A stretch of 64,000 nucleotides of DNA, taken from IMG/VR virus record IMGVR_UViG_3300020165_000009, one strand, 5' to 3'. This DNA comes from a virus. A program made the translations under genes and the position numbers. Under the pieces are notes generated by a model, which saw only the letters and a program-made list of their open reading frames with translations, made no database searches and was not told the origin of the DNA. Positions within the stretch are counted from its first letter, which is position 1. Each line of letters starts with the position of its first letter. Shown one piece after another: positions 16,535-26,959 of this stretch.

Positions 16535-19500
16535 ATGCCTGTTGAGATAAAGAGCTATAGTAATATCAGACCAGTTAACTTTATGCTGGAGGATCCTGAT
16601 AGGGCGTTAGATCTCTCTATTCCGAATCCATTCGCTACCCAGCAGGGAATGAGTTTACTGGAATATAACTTCCTGTTGAGTGCTAATGATGTATTAAATA
16701 AAAACTACACCACAACATACTTAACGAATCCTCAAACTGAGCAGGATATCTTTGATCTTAATCAACCAGAAGAAATAGTAAATAGCTTCGCAACAACACT
16801 ACAATTTGGTGATAACCCAGCTGGGTATCTTACAATAGATAGGAATAACAGTACTCTCTCAAGTGTACAGAGCGTAACTACCTTTAATAATGTTAGTGCA
16901 CAATCGTTCACTGTTTTATTATCCACTATTGAAAATGATTTATATTGCAGCGTCTTTACATATGACGGTGATAACAGAAAGTACTTAGCTTATCACGCTG
17001 AAACAGATCAGTTAGTTTTTGATACAATACCTAATATTGACGGGTTAGTTACAACTACATACTTTAACGCTATTCGGAGTGATGCCAGTTTGCGGTTATC
17101 CTTGCAAGGCGAAACAGCTACAGGCGCACTAACCTCAAGTTTAATTAGTGTTGATGGTAGTGCATTAACTACTATACCTTCACCGAGTTTTACTGACTAT
17201 AAGGCCGGCACAATCACACTATCTAATAGTGGTGTACCGAATACAAAATACCTGGATGTAAGTAATAATTTTGTGTATTATGTTTCTGGCGCAGATATAG
17301 ATGAAGATAACACACTAAGCGGTAATAAGTACAACTTCTTAATGTACAGTAATTATGAGGATAATTATATTAAGAACGGTAATATATGCGCTAATTTAAA
17401 TTACTTTAACTTAAAAAATCAGATATCTAATCACCATAACGTTAATAAAAATTTACCGTTCGTAGATAAACAAATGCAGAGACAGTATTCATCTATATTG
17501 AATAACGAGACGCAGGAAACATCGGAAGAGTTCTTAAGGCTACAATATAACTTTAATACAGTAGAGTATAATTTCCGACCGGATACCTTTACGAAATTTG
17601 TATTGCCCGATAACATATTACCTTTTACTCAGATCAATCTCAATGATGCTGGGTTGCAGGCTGCAGGGGCATATGCAGCTGATTCACCTTACTTTAGTGA
17701 TAGGATATATAAAGATATTGGTAATCGAGAAGACGTTACTAATAATCTTAATGAAAATGGAGAGTACTTATGTAGCTGGTTATACGATAATGGGGTAGCA
17801 GGTATATGGTATGATAGATACTATCTACCTCAAGATATTACTGGCGTTGAGGCAGAAGAGGGTAATTTAAACAACCCACCGATACCATTATCCGAGTCGA
17901 CTCCTGTAATTGATCAAATAGTAGATACACTTGGTTTTAATGAGCTGAACTACGTCGATATTGAAAGCACATTAATGTTCGAGCCTAATGGCGTATATTA
18001 CTATGCACGTATAGGTCATAAATCTGTATCTACTGTTTTAAATAAACTCTCCGGGGACCTGGTTAAGAGAAACTTCACTCCTAGGCGTAACGACGACCCA
18101 GCTTATATCGGACCTTCTACTGATACATTAACTGTTAATGCATCTGCTTACGATACATTCTCCATACTTGCAGATAACCGCGGAAAGGTTAATGGCTTGA
18201 ATCTCTCTTTTGAATTAGATATACCGAATCTCGAAGACCCGAAAGCATTTCAATTAGCAGGCAACCTATTTAATGGAGGTCTAGGCATTCTTAAGAACTT
18301 TTACTTTACCCCGCTTATATACCTATATGAAGGTAATACCATTTATTACTACGACACAGATTTTAACTTAGTTAAAACGACGGTAATACCATCTTTAACA
18401 ATTATTAAGGATATCTTATATGTTAGTAAGAGTACAGATATTGTAGTCGTCGGCTCAGGCCCAGGTGGTGATAAAATCATGCGTGTAGCTTATACAGGCG
18501 ATGTCCAGAAGGAAAATAGTGACCAAATTGTAACAGATATTGTCGCCTCTGATTATAGTTCGCGCGTAATGTATGGAGCTGGTTCGAAGGTACTAATTAA
18601 GGACCTTAATTCTATTGCTCCAGGAGCTTGGGATCTCGATACACAGACTTTAATCTGTCAGCCATCAACTGAAGTATTTACAGCTGCAGATGAATCAATA
18701 ATTAGACGGAATAATAATACTGAGTATGGTACGATGCGAGGGCTGAGAGGTGTCAACTTAAATGATACTTTAGGAGCAGCTATAAGTGGTACTGGTAGTA
18801 ATTACGGTATGTCGGATAAGGTAATATTTAAGGATTTTATACAAGATACTACATTCTTAGCCCTCTCGACGAACACTAAAATATGGGATATTAATTCTTT
18901 TAATGAGGAACTTTATATACAGACTGATAATACCCTCCAAGTCTTCAATACCGAGAGAGAGTTACTCTCGAGCTTTACTTTATCCACCTCCGCAGTCTCA
19001 GGACATAAGATTGATTTTGTTACAGAAGATTACATAACTAAACCATTAGTGTTTTCAAAGGATATTAATGGTAAGCTAATCGCAGATAAAATTACACTTA
19101 CACCTACTACATCAAGCGGCTATACACTATCATCATATGCACTACCAATAACAGGTGCTGACCTCGGATATGACTTCGGTACTAAATTAGGTAACTTCGA
19201 AAACCCTACTAATGTATATAGTATGGAACAAACATTCAAAGAGTATGAAAATAAGTTTTGCGTACTAACTAGATTTGATAATGATTATGCTGGTTCACCA
19301 CTTGATATAATCTGGGATACCGCGGATGGTATATGGAGTGACATATCAAGTGGTAACTGGTCTGTTAACTATAGTGGAGGTGAAGGTGCCCTAGACGATA
19401 ACAGTGATATAATAATAATACCGAACCTAATACCTGGTAAGAATTGTATTGCACTGAACTGTGATCTGCTAACCGGTAAGACGACAGTGAATGTAAATGG

Positions 19501-20020
19501 TACCGAGGTAGCCAATATTAACATAACAGTAGGTATGAGACCTCTTAAGAATTATCTGAATAATAGCTTTTTTATAGGTCAGCCGAACTATAGTATCACG
19601 CCGATTTCAAATTTTATTACGAATCAGAATTTCAACGCCAAACTTATTACTGTTAAAAATTTCCGAGCGTATAATGCGCAGCTCTTCCAGGATTTAATAG
19701 ACTATGAGTTCTTAGAATGCGCTGAGATCGACCCTATAAATTTTGATATAACTTCCGGTACACGAAACAATGCCGAAACTATTGATAACTTATTCAGCTA
19801 CACTATACCAGGTAGCCTCGCAAATAGAGTAAAGATATATATTAAGAATGGCGGCTTAACGAGTAAAGAAGGTCAGATACTATCTGACACTCTTACATCA
19901 AAAGTTAAGACCTTCCTACCAAAAAATGTCACTCATGTTATTTTTGATTACAGTATAGGTAATAATTTCGAACCTGGAGATAGTGTTGAAATATTACGTG
20001 ATGTACCTTCGCCGGTGTAA
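16535..20020 (+). CDS. Large virion structural (baseplate/fibre) protein
   Basis: 1161 aa, N/T/S-rich beta composition, late promoter core, cluster context. Confidence 0.55.
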   Translation: MPVEIKSYSNIRPVNFMLEDPDRALDLSIPNPFATQQGMSLLEYNFLLSANDVLNKNYTTTYLTNPQTEQDIFDLNQPEEIVNSFATTLQFGDNPAGYLTIDRNNSTLSSVQSVTTFNNVSAQSFTVLLSTIENDLYCSVFTYDGDNRKYLAYHAETDQLVFDTIPNIDGLVTTTYFNAIRSDASLRLSLQGETATGALTSSLISVDGSALTTIPSPSFTDYKAGTITLSNSGVPNTKYLDVSNNFVYYVSGADIDEDNTLSGNKYNFLMYSNYEDNYIKNGNICANLNYFNLKNQISNHHNVNKNLPFVDKQMQRQYSSILNNETQETSEEFLRLQYNFNTVEYNFRPDTFTKFVLPDNILPFTQINLNDAGLQAAGAYAADSPYFSDRIYKDIGNREDVTNNLNENGEYLCSWLYDNGVAGIWYDRYYLPQDITGVEAEEGNLNNPPIPLSESTPVIDQIVDTLGFNELNYVDIESTLMFEPNGVYYYARIGHKSVSTVLNKLSGDLVKRNFTPRRNDDPAYIGPSTDTLTVNASAYDTFSILADNRGKVNGLNLSFELDIPNLEDPKAFQLAGNLFNGGLGILKNFYFTPLIYLYEGNTIYYYDTDFNLVKTTVIPSLTIIKDILYVSKSTDIVVVGSGPGGDKIMRVAYTGDVQKENSDQIVTDIVASDYSSRVMYGAGSKVLIKDLNSIAPGAWDLDTQTLICQPSTEVFTAADESIIRRNNNTEYGTMRGLRGVNLNDTLGAAISGTGSNYGMSDKVIFKDFIQDTTFLALSTNTKIWDINSFNEELYIQTDNTLQVFNTERELLSSFTLSTSAVSGHKIDFVTEDYITKPLVFSKDINGKLIADKITLTPTTSSGYTLSSYALPITGADLGYDFGTKLGNFENPTNVYSMEQTFKEYENKFCVLTRFDNDYAGSPLDIIWDTADGIWSDISSGNWSVNYSGGEGALDDNSDIIIIPNLIPGKNCIALNCDLLTGKTTVNVNGTEVANINITVGMRPLKNYLNNSFFIGQPNYSITPISNFITNQNFNAKLITVKNFRAYNAQLFQDLIDYEFLECAEIDPINFDITSGTRNNAETIDNLFSYTIPGSLANRVKIYIKNGGLTSKEGQILSDTLTSKVKTFLPKNVTHVIFDYSIGNNFEPGDSVEILRDVPSPV

Positions 20021-20089
20021 GTTAATACAGTTTTATTATAAATAGTGCAAATTAGTTTGAAGATTGATTTTTTAATATAAATACTTTTG

Positions 20090-21961
20090 ATGTCGCAGTA
20101 TACACTAAATAGCAATAGCATGTCTACCATTAACTTACAGGGGACTGGAGTACCTGTGGATGTTTTTAAGTATACAGAGGGCAATGCTTTCAAGTTCGAC
20201 GGAGAAGATTATATAGGGTACTATACAGTATCTGGTAATCGTATATATCGTGGTAGGGTGGTAGATAGTAATACCGGCATCTTGTCAGCTGTAGATAACA
20301 TTCGAGGTAATTTTATTATGGAGCGAAGCTTCTTCAATAGATCGGCGAACCAAGACTTTGAGCTTACAAATAACCTAGAACAACTAAGATTCCAGCCAAG
20401 TGAGTTTATTAACCAAAATTCTATTAATACTAAATTAACTAAACTATATGAAAATTTCTTAGATTTATATAACTACTCGTTTGCACGTAACAGTAATTTA
20501 CCACTTAACTACACTGGGTTCATCGGAGTAACAGGTAACAACCCTACTGAGTACTTAAATTACACCACAAATTTAAACAGTACGTATACAGATACAGGTG
20601 ATCTGGCCTTGCAAGACGCGAGAGGTTTTGAATTGATAGGTAACTTTAATAGCTCGAGTAACCCTCTGACGGTAGATACACCTAACACGTTTGCATCGAT
20701 ATATTACACCACGTCAGCCCTTCATGTATTTATAAATGCAAATACCCCTGATGCAGATAGTACGGCTACTTTTGTACTGTCCACAGATAGAGCAGACGGT
20801 TTATTCTCACAGCCGTTTCAAAATATTACTGATATTACGACGAATGACATGGACACGTTGTATGTCAGTGACTCTTTTCATAACCAAATTTATAGATTAT
20901 ACATCGATCCTGTTATTAATGATAAATCTCTCGGTGGCTCTTCTTTTGATCTTTTGAACGCAGGAGGATTTAAACTAAATACTGCCGGCCAAAGTACCCT
21001 ATCTGGAGTTAATAATATGTATTATTTCAACGATGAAATATATACGTGGAACGAGGGTCGTAAATCAATAGTCGTCTTAGGAGATAACCTAGCTAGGCTA
21101 AGGGAATACAATAATAACATTTTCACGGAAAAACAAGTAAAGGACTTTGCAGTTAATGCTGTGACCGGGGTATTGTTTATCGTATTTGATGATTTTACTA
21201 TATTAGAAATCGATTCATTGTTTAGATCCACAGCTATACTTCATACACCGGATGTTGGTCAGCTGTCACCAGGTACCCCGACACGTATTTTATTTTCACA
21301 GAATGATAGTAATATATACTATATTATTACCGATACTAACGTATTTAAGTTTCTGGTGTATAGTGGTACAGATGAACTGATAGGTACTTTTAACTTCACA
21401 GACTTGCCGGGTGTTAATTTTACTGGCACTCGTAAGATATTTGACGCCAAAATCCTCGCAGAGAATGAGAATAGAGACTCGTTATTCATACTTAATAAAG
21501 ATACTGTTAAGGTAGGTGATGAATATAGAGGTAGAGATAGATTAATGAGGTTTAATGAACCTAATAATCTCTTAAATGTATTAGAAGATGCTAATTTTAA
21601 AATATATGATAGAAAAGATGTAGTAGTTAAAGAACAGTATTTTAATAATATTACTTTTAATAAGAGTCTGCAGAAACTACTCTACAATCACGACAACCTT
21701 GCTTCAAATATTCAATTTCAATTCAATGTAGCATATGGTACAGAGAGGCTTTTAGCACTAACAGGTATATCAAGTCTATCAGCTTCTGTAGTACAAGAAC
21801 CCACCTATGATAATTTCGTTGGCGTAAATGAAGTTCTGACACCTCAAGTATTTAATAGATGTATTGAAAAGATTTACACTTACCAGCTAAGCATTATGAA
21901 GCACTTACAGTTTAATGTGACTAATTTAAAGTACCCATATAGTGAGATAGTACTCTTTTAA
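20090..21961 (+). CDS. Virion structural protein, beta-propeller-like centre
   Basis: LYVSDSFHNQIYRL-type blades; TATAAATA upstream. Confidence 0.55.
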   Translation: MSQYTLNSNSMSTINLQGTGVPVDVFKYTEGNAFKFDGEDYIGYYTVSGNRIYRGRVVDSNTGILSAVDNIRGNFIMERSFFNRSANQDFELTNNLEQLRFQPSEFINQNSINTKLTKLYENFLDLYNYSFARNSNLPLNYTGFIGVTGNNPTEYLNYTTNLNSTYTDTGDLALQDARGFELIGNFNSSSNPLTVDTPNTFASIYYTTSALHVFINANTPDADSTATFVLSTDRADGLFSQPFQNITDITTNDMDTLYVSDSFHNQIYRLYIDPVINDKSLGGSSFDLLNAGGFKLNTAGQSTLSGVNNMYYFNDEIYTWNEGRKSIVVLGDNLARLREYNNNIFTEKQVKDFAVNAVTGVLFIVFDDFTILEIDSLFRSTAILHTPDVGQLSPGTPTRILFSQNDSNIYYIITDTNVFKFLVYSGTDELIGTFNFTDLPGVNFTGTRKIFDAKILAENENRDSLFILNKDTVKVGDEYRGRDRLMRFNEPNNLLNVLEDANFKIYDRKDVVVKEQYFNNITFNKSLQKLLYNHDNLASNIQFQFNVAYGTERLLALTGISSLSASVVQEPTYDNFVGVNEVLTPQVFNRCIEKIYTYQLSIMKHLQFNVTNLKYPYSEIVLF

Positions 21962-21988
21962 TCTCGTTTTCTTTGATTAAATATTTGT

Positions 21989-22684
21989 ATGGCTGATTTT
22001 ACTGGAAAAAATATATGTAATACGTTCAAATCTATACTTAATTTAGGAGGCGCTAGTACTCAGAATTGTGTATTAAATGGTAATACCGCGTGTATAGTTA
22101 CGGATGGTACAGGGCAGCAATCGAGTCTATATCTTCGCACTAAGGGTAATGGTTTAATAGCCTGCGGTACAGTACAGGTTAGAGGAGGTAACCTGAATAT
22201 GTGCGGTAACAGTATTAACAACGCTAATCAGGTTAATGCTACCGGCGTATCTTCATCCGGACTAATTAGTACACAAAATAGCCTTGATGCTCAGGCTGAT
22301 GTACTTGCAAGGCAAGATCTGAGAGCTTGCCGTAATCTAGCAGTAGCAGGTGTTGCAACTGTAACAGGTGTTATTAGAGGGTGCTCTGATATTATAGCAT
22401 TCTACTCTTCTGATGAACGATTAAAAGAGAATGTAAATAAGATTGTAAACTCTAAAGAAGTAGTCAATAACCTAACTGGGTATTCCTTCGACTGGAAAGA
22501 AGAGGCAGATAGAGAAGGTAAGGACTTCGGTGTAATGGCTCAAGATGTTGAAAAGGTACTTCCGGAATTAGTACATGAAAGACCTGATGGATTTAAATCA
22601 GTCGACTACGTTAAGCTTATCCCATACCTTATTGAAGAGGTTAAGCGCTTAGACGCTGAGGTAGAAGAGTTAAAAGGTGCTTAA
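21989..22684 (+). CDS. Tail fibre/spike protein with C-terminal intramolecular chaperone (peptidase S74)
   Basis: SSDERLKENV, GVMAQDVEKVLPELV, VDYVKLIPYLIE. Confidence 0.85.
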   Translation: MADFTGKNICNTFKSILNLGGASTQNCVLNGNTACIVTDGTGQQSSLYLRTKGNGLIACGTVQVRGGNLNMCGNSINNANQVNATGVSSSGLISTQNSLDAQADVLARQDLRACRNLAVAGVATVTGVIRGCSDIIAFYSSDERLKENVNKIVNSKEVVNNLTGYSFDWKEEADREGKDFGVMAQDVEKVLPELVHERPDGFKSVDYVKLIPYLIEEVKRLDAEVEELKGA

Positions 22685-22721
22685 TCCTTTTTTGTTGTAA
22701 CATTATTAGCAGAGATATTAT

Positions 22722-23180
22722 ATGAGATTATATTATTATGTGCATAAATGCGATAATACCAATAAGTTGGTGCTAACTACTTCGTGTAAAAAAATTACCA
22801 TGGAATCTCAATGCATTGAGTTGAGCCAAGCAGAAACACAAGAATACAGCTTACATATTAAATACATAGATTGTTGTGAATTAGATAAAAATAGCAAGTT
22901 GGTATCTGACCCGGTGATGGTCTTAGCTCAAAGGCTTCAAACTTTATCTGCAGATATACAAGAGCGTATATATGAACTGCGAAAATTAATTGTTGAGGCA
23001 GCTGCCCTTAACAAGGTTGAGATCGCTGGTGAAATCGCACAGGCAATTACAGCACTAAATGATTTTATAAATGAAGATTTTTCAAGTCTTAAAACTATCA
23101 AAGAAATCGATACACTTACGTGTCCAGAATTAAGTATAGATTTCCCGAAGCATTATGCAAGTAAAATATACAGAATATGA
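22722..23180 (+). CDS. Hypothetical (possible fibre assembly protein)
   Basis: Position after fibre gene; helical C-terminal half. Confidence 0.45.
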   Translation: MRLYYYVHKCDNTNKLVLTTSCKKITMESQCIELSQAETQEYSLHIKYIDCCELDKNSKLVSDPVMVLAQRLQTLSADIQERIYELRKLIVEAAALNKVEIAGEIAQAITALNDFINEDFSSLKTIKEIDTLTCPELSIDFPKHYASKIYRI

Positions 23181-23691
23181 TATACACGGTAAAGGTGTAC
23201 CTAAATTACAACACGCTGAAGATTTAGCAGCTGCTTTAAAATCTCTGTCACCTAAAAGTGTATACGACAGATTAGAAAAAACAGTAAGAAGTGGGGCTCT
23301 AAATTCAGACGCTCCTCACGCTGTTAATGCATCGCTAGCAAAGCTCAGTGATTCAGATGCAATAGATTTATTACCGGTATTAAAGAAATGTTTCCCGTCG
23401 CTAAGATTTAGAATAAGCGGTAAATTCGTCTACGGCCCTGGTGATCGCATCGATGAACATACAAACTCCGATGACCCATCCGACACGCTATACATAACGT
23501 ATGCAACTGGTAGGTCCAAATTCTCATACCGCTTTTCTCTAGACGGTGACTTCATCGATACTTATGACGTTGTTGATGGTATTACGTTAAGAGCATTTGA
23601 AATTACCGGTAGGTCACCCTACACATATCATAAAGTTGAATGTGAATCAGGCTACAGAGTTTCAATCGGATTGAGATATGTCAGTGTTTAA
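23155..23691 (+). CDS. 2OG-Fe(II) oxygenase/cupin-like protein
   Basis: EHTN...LYITY...YHKV...RVSIGLR double-stranded beta-helix pattern. Confidence 0.55.
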   Translation: MQVKYTEYDIHGKGVPKLQHAEDLAAALKSLSPKSVYDRLEKTVRSGALNSDAPHAVNASLAKLSDSDAIDLLPVLKKCFPSLRFRISGKFVYGPGDRIDEHTNSDDPSDTLYITYATGRSKFSYRFSLDGDFIDTYDVVDGITLRAFEITGRSPYTYHKVECESGYRVSIGLRYVSV

Positions 23692-24019
23692 TCAAACATT
23701 TAGTAACCACTCCTTAGGAGAAGATAAATATATCGATATAAAATCACTGGTTGTTACACTCAATGCACTAAGAGTCTTAAAATATACTGATAGTTATGAT
23801 ATTAGTAATACACAGTGTAAAGCAAGTCCGTTAAAGTCTAGCGTTATTAATTTTTACAAAAAGGAAGGAGTGTGTAGAGAGCCTATTGTTGTGACTGATG
23901 ACGATTTTTGTTTAGACGGAAGACACCGTGTAACATATAGGAAGCAGATAAACAACTCGACATGCTCAGCATATATTGTACCGAGGGAGTATGTTAATAA
24001 GTTTATTAAAACTCGCTAG
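23678..24019 (+). CDS. ParB/sulfiredoxin-like N-terminal domain protein
   Basis: PIVV...LDGRHR. Confidence 0.6.
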   Translation: MSVFNQTFSNHSLGEDKYIDIKSLVVTLNALRVLKYTDSYDISNTQCKASPLKSSVINFYKKEGVCREPIVVTDDDFCLDGRHRVTYRKQINNSTCSAYIVPREYVNKFIKTR

Positions 24020-24023
24020 TAAT

Positions 24024-25760
24024 TTAATTAGCAATAATCACTTGGAACGGTACATCTGCATAGCTTCTAGTATACCTCGATATAGTATTACCATCATCTC
24101 GCCCAGGCTCACCGGATTTTGCTGATTTAAGTTCTACGCACTCGACATATACCGCGGTATTACTGTTATCTATACTTACAGAGATAGCATATTGACCAGT
24201 AAATACACTATTTACCTCTGATTGTAATGTCCAGTTGTTTGCTAAGGAACCAACTGCGGTCGGTCTAGAACCGAGATCGTCAACTGTTATAGTAAATCTA
24301 CCAATACCTGTTCTCGTTAATGTACAATTCCTGAGATACGATGTTCCCGGGAACGTAGGGTCATGCTCAACTGTTGCATTAACCCGAGTACCTGTTAGCT
24401 TTAATCTTCCAGAACCGTCAAAGTTAAAATCATCTGTTACTTTTAATCCGATTTCAGTGCTAGATAAATTCACACTTGATGTCTGAATACCGACTGCATC
24501 AAGAGCCGATAAACCACGACCAACACTCATGTCATACTGCTCTATATCATCAGGCTTAGCCTTAATGATGTAACTCATAGCAACGTATGGCTGAACGTTT
24601 TCGTGTGCAACATTATCCATATGCTGGTCATCATTTAATAGCTGCGTTGCAGTCATCGCATTGTAAGGCTTATTTGCATTCGGCCCTGCTGGCATGGTAT
24701 TAGGATTGGTGCCATTGCCTTCACCAGCTACCCATCTTCCGCAGTAACTAGTATTGGTAATGGCTCGAGCACCTGGGTTAAATGTTGTCGAACCCGGCTT
24801 GTTTATCAGGAAAGGGTACCAATCATCATTGCCCGGTTGGGAAAATGTACCTGTGAAGTGCATATGGTTTATTTCCTGGCGAACTAATTGATGACAATAC
24901 TGACCACCATATGTACCAAAAGGGGTATTGCATGACGAGTCCAGCAGAACCCTGTTTGTACCGTCATCACCTGTACCAGCGCCTACTATGGCTCTAGCTC
25001 TTACATCCGGAAGTGCATAATAAGCACCTGTAGGTGAAGTTGCACCACCCGATGTAGTTCGAGGTCCCCACTTCGTGCCGAGTAGATCTCGAAGCTCCGG
25101 GTAATCTGAACCTAAAAATCTGCGTTGCGATCCTAGGTTAATCCACTTATCATCTGGTATACTAGACTGACCCCCAGCCCATGGTATGATTGTACCGACA
25201 GGGGAGATATCATTGAAAACTAATGCAGTGCCGTCTCCAGGTACCGCTTCTGACCACGTTAGGTTACCAGATCCATCTGTCCGAAGAAAGTTCCGCGGTG
25301 ATTCGGTTGCTGGAAAATTGTATGGTATGCTATTAATAGTAACTTGACCAGTAGATACAGATAACCTATTTGATACTTGCACCGCCGGTGAAGCAACACT
25401 ACTAGTAGCAGTAATGCCTCTCACAGTATAATCACTGCCATTATCTAACACCCTGTTATTAACAGAGTTATCATCCAATACCCTATTAGTGATCGTACAA
25501 TCAGCTATTTGACTATCTGTAATTGTTCTGTCTGCGATCTTATTAGCAGTAATTGCTTGGCCAGCTAACTTATCTGTAGTTACTGAGAAATTATCTAGGT
25601 TATTAGTCTTTACTATACTATCTGTCAGTAAATTACTTACCTGAATCTTTTTAGAGATGCCTGTATCATTAGAGGATTCTCTACTATTAATAATAATTTC
25701 ATTAACATCGCTATTAACATTAATCTCGTTGAGTTCCGATATACGAATATCACTTGCCAT
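24024..25760 (-). CDS. Short-tail-fibre-like protein with tail collar domain
   Basis: PVGTIIPWAG, YPELRDLLG, LPDVRAR, HENVQPYVAMSYIIKA; MASDIRISEL N-terminus. Confidence 0.8.
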   Translation of the reverse strand: MASDIRISELNEINVNSDVNEIIINSRESSNDTGISKKIQVSNLLTDSIVKTNNLDNFSVTTDKLAGQAITANKIADRTITDSQIADCTITNRVLDDNSVNNRVLDNGSDYTVRGITATSSVASPAVQVSNRLSVSTGQVTINSIPYNFPATESPRNFLRTDGSGNLTWSEAVPGDGTALVFNDISPVGTIIPWAGGQSSIPDDKWINLGSQRRFLGSDYPELRDLLGTKWGPRTTSGGATSPTGAYYALPDVRARAIVGAGTGDDGTNRVLLDSSCNTPFGTYGGQYCHQLVRQEINHMHFTGTFSQPGNDDWYPFLINKPGSTTFNPGARAITNTSYCGRWVAGEGNGTNPNTMPAGPNANKPYNAMTATQLLNDDQHMDNVAHENVQPYVAMSYIIKAKPDDIEQYDMSVGRGLSALDAVGIQTSSVNLSSTEIGLKVTDDFNFDGSGRLKLTGTRVNATVEHDPTFPGTSYLRNCTLTRTGIGRFTITVDDLGSRPTAVGSLANNWTLQSEVNSVFTGQYAISVSIDNSNTAVYVECVELKSAKSGEPGRDDGNTISRYTRSYADVPFQVIIAN

Positions 25761-25771
25761 ATTATTATTTA

Positions 25772-26959
25772 TTACAATAATGTAATATTATCACCGTCAG
25801 GATCGGTTATTACTCTATTTATAGCACTTAACCCATAACCTGATGTTGGGTATGTGTAGAGAAAATCAGTATCACTAGAGATAAATATATTATTCGGATC
25901 TGATGTACCAGGTACATAACCTGTTGAAACAAGTGTACCGTATGTGTACACAGTAGCGTCTGGTGGTAATAAGTTAGTCTGATTAAAGGTTATCTTAATT
26001 GGATCGTAGCTTGTAGCTAGACTAGTAAACTCATTACCTATACCTACTATACCTAAATCGTTAAAACTACCTGTAATAGCATCAAAGAACGTGGCGTATG
26101 TTGAAAGTACACCAGTCTCTAACGTAGTTGCTGGTATATACGGCATAGCTATATCTGTATAGTTAATTAAGCTAGTAGATGATAAGGTTGTTATGTGTGT
26201 AGGTTCACTAGATAGTGAGAAAGCAAAAGCATATCGCCTGCCTGTATGTCCTTGTAGCTGAAACCCTGCACCGCTTAGAGCAATATCACCGAATGCTGAC
26301 AGCGCGCTCGATGGAGACAGCTCAGTCCTTGCTAAGAAGAAGTTATCAGGATACTGGACTGTGTCTTCAGGGTCAGTATTAAGATAGATACCAGAGAACA
26401 CACGTGACGTCGTTTGAAGTTCGAGATACGTTAACGGGTATATAATATTTTCATCCGTCTCTACGTTAAAGTACGGTACAGCACTCCCACCTACAGTAAA
26501 CAACTGACTGTTCAGGACCTCTATGTTTCTATCTACAATATTTTCTGGTGTTGTTCTAAACTCAATAATATGACCTGCTGATAAAGGGCCTGTATTCTGA
26601 TCTACCTGCTCGTACTTGATAGTAATGTTAGCTGATAAAGTAGTGTAAGATGAGGCGTCAGTAAAATATGTATGTGATATACTTGTGAACGGTAAAGTAT
26701 TTGTTACACCACCACTAAATTTAGCTGAGTATGTAGTAACACCTCTCGAAGCCGGGTCACCAAAATCGATTTCAACACTATTAAATCCAGGCTTATCAGA
26801 GTGAAAGTCTATTACATCGGTCTGAATGCCGGACAACAGAAAAGTGACTACCGTATTACCTTGAATAGCCTCTCTTGTTATAAAACTAACACTACTATCT
26901 TGAGGTTGATAGTTGGATAAGTTTACGGTTAGTGTATGTTTAGAATCTAAGTGTGCCAT
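25772..26959 (-). CDS. Virion structural protein (PKD/Ig-like)
   Basis: IDFGD...SHTY; T/S-rich. Confidence 0.55.
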   Translation of the reverse strand: MAHLDSKHTLTVNLSNYQPQDSSVSFITREAIQGNTVVTFLLSGIQTDVIDFHSDKPGFNSVEIDFGDPASRGVTTYSAKFSGGVTNTLPFTSISHTYFTDASSYTTLSANITIKYEQVDQNTGPLSAGHIIEFRTTPENIVDRNIEVLNSQLFTVGGSAVPYFNVETDENIIYPLTYLELQTTSRVFSGIYLNTDPEDTVQYPDNFFLARTELSPSSALSAFGDIALSGAGFQLQGHTGRRYAFAFSLSSEPTHITTLSSTSLINYTDIAMPYIPATTLETGVLSTYATFFDAITGSFNDLGIVGIGNEFTSLATSYDPIKITFNQTNLLPPDATVYTYGTLVSTGYVPGTSDPNNIFISSDTDFLYTYPTSGYGLSAINRVITDPDGDNITLL

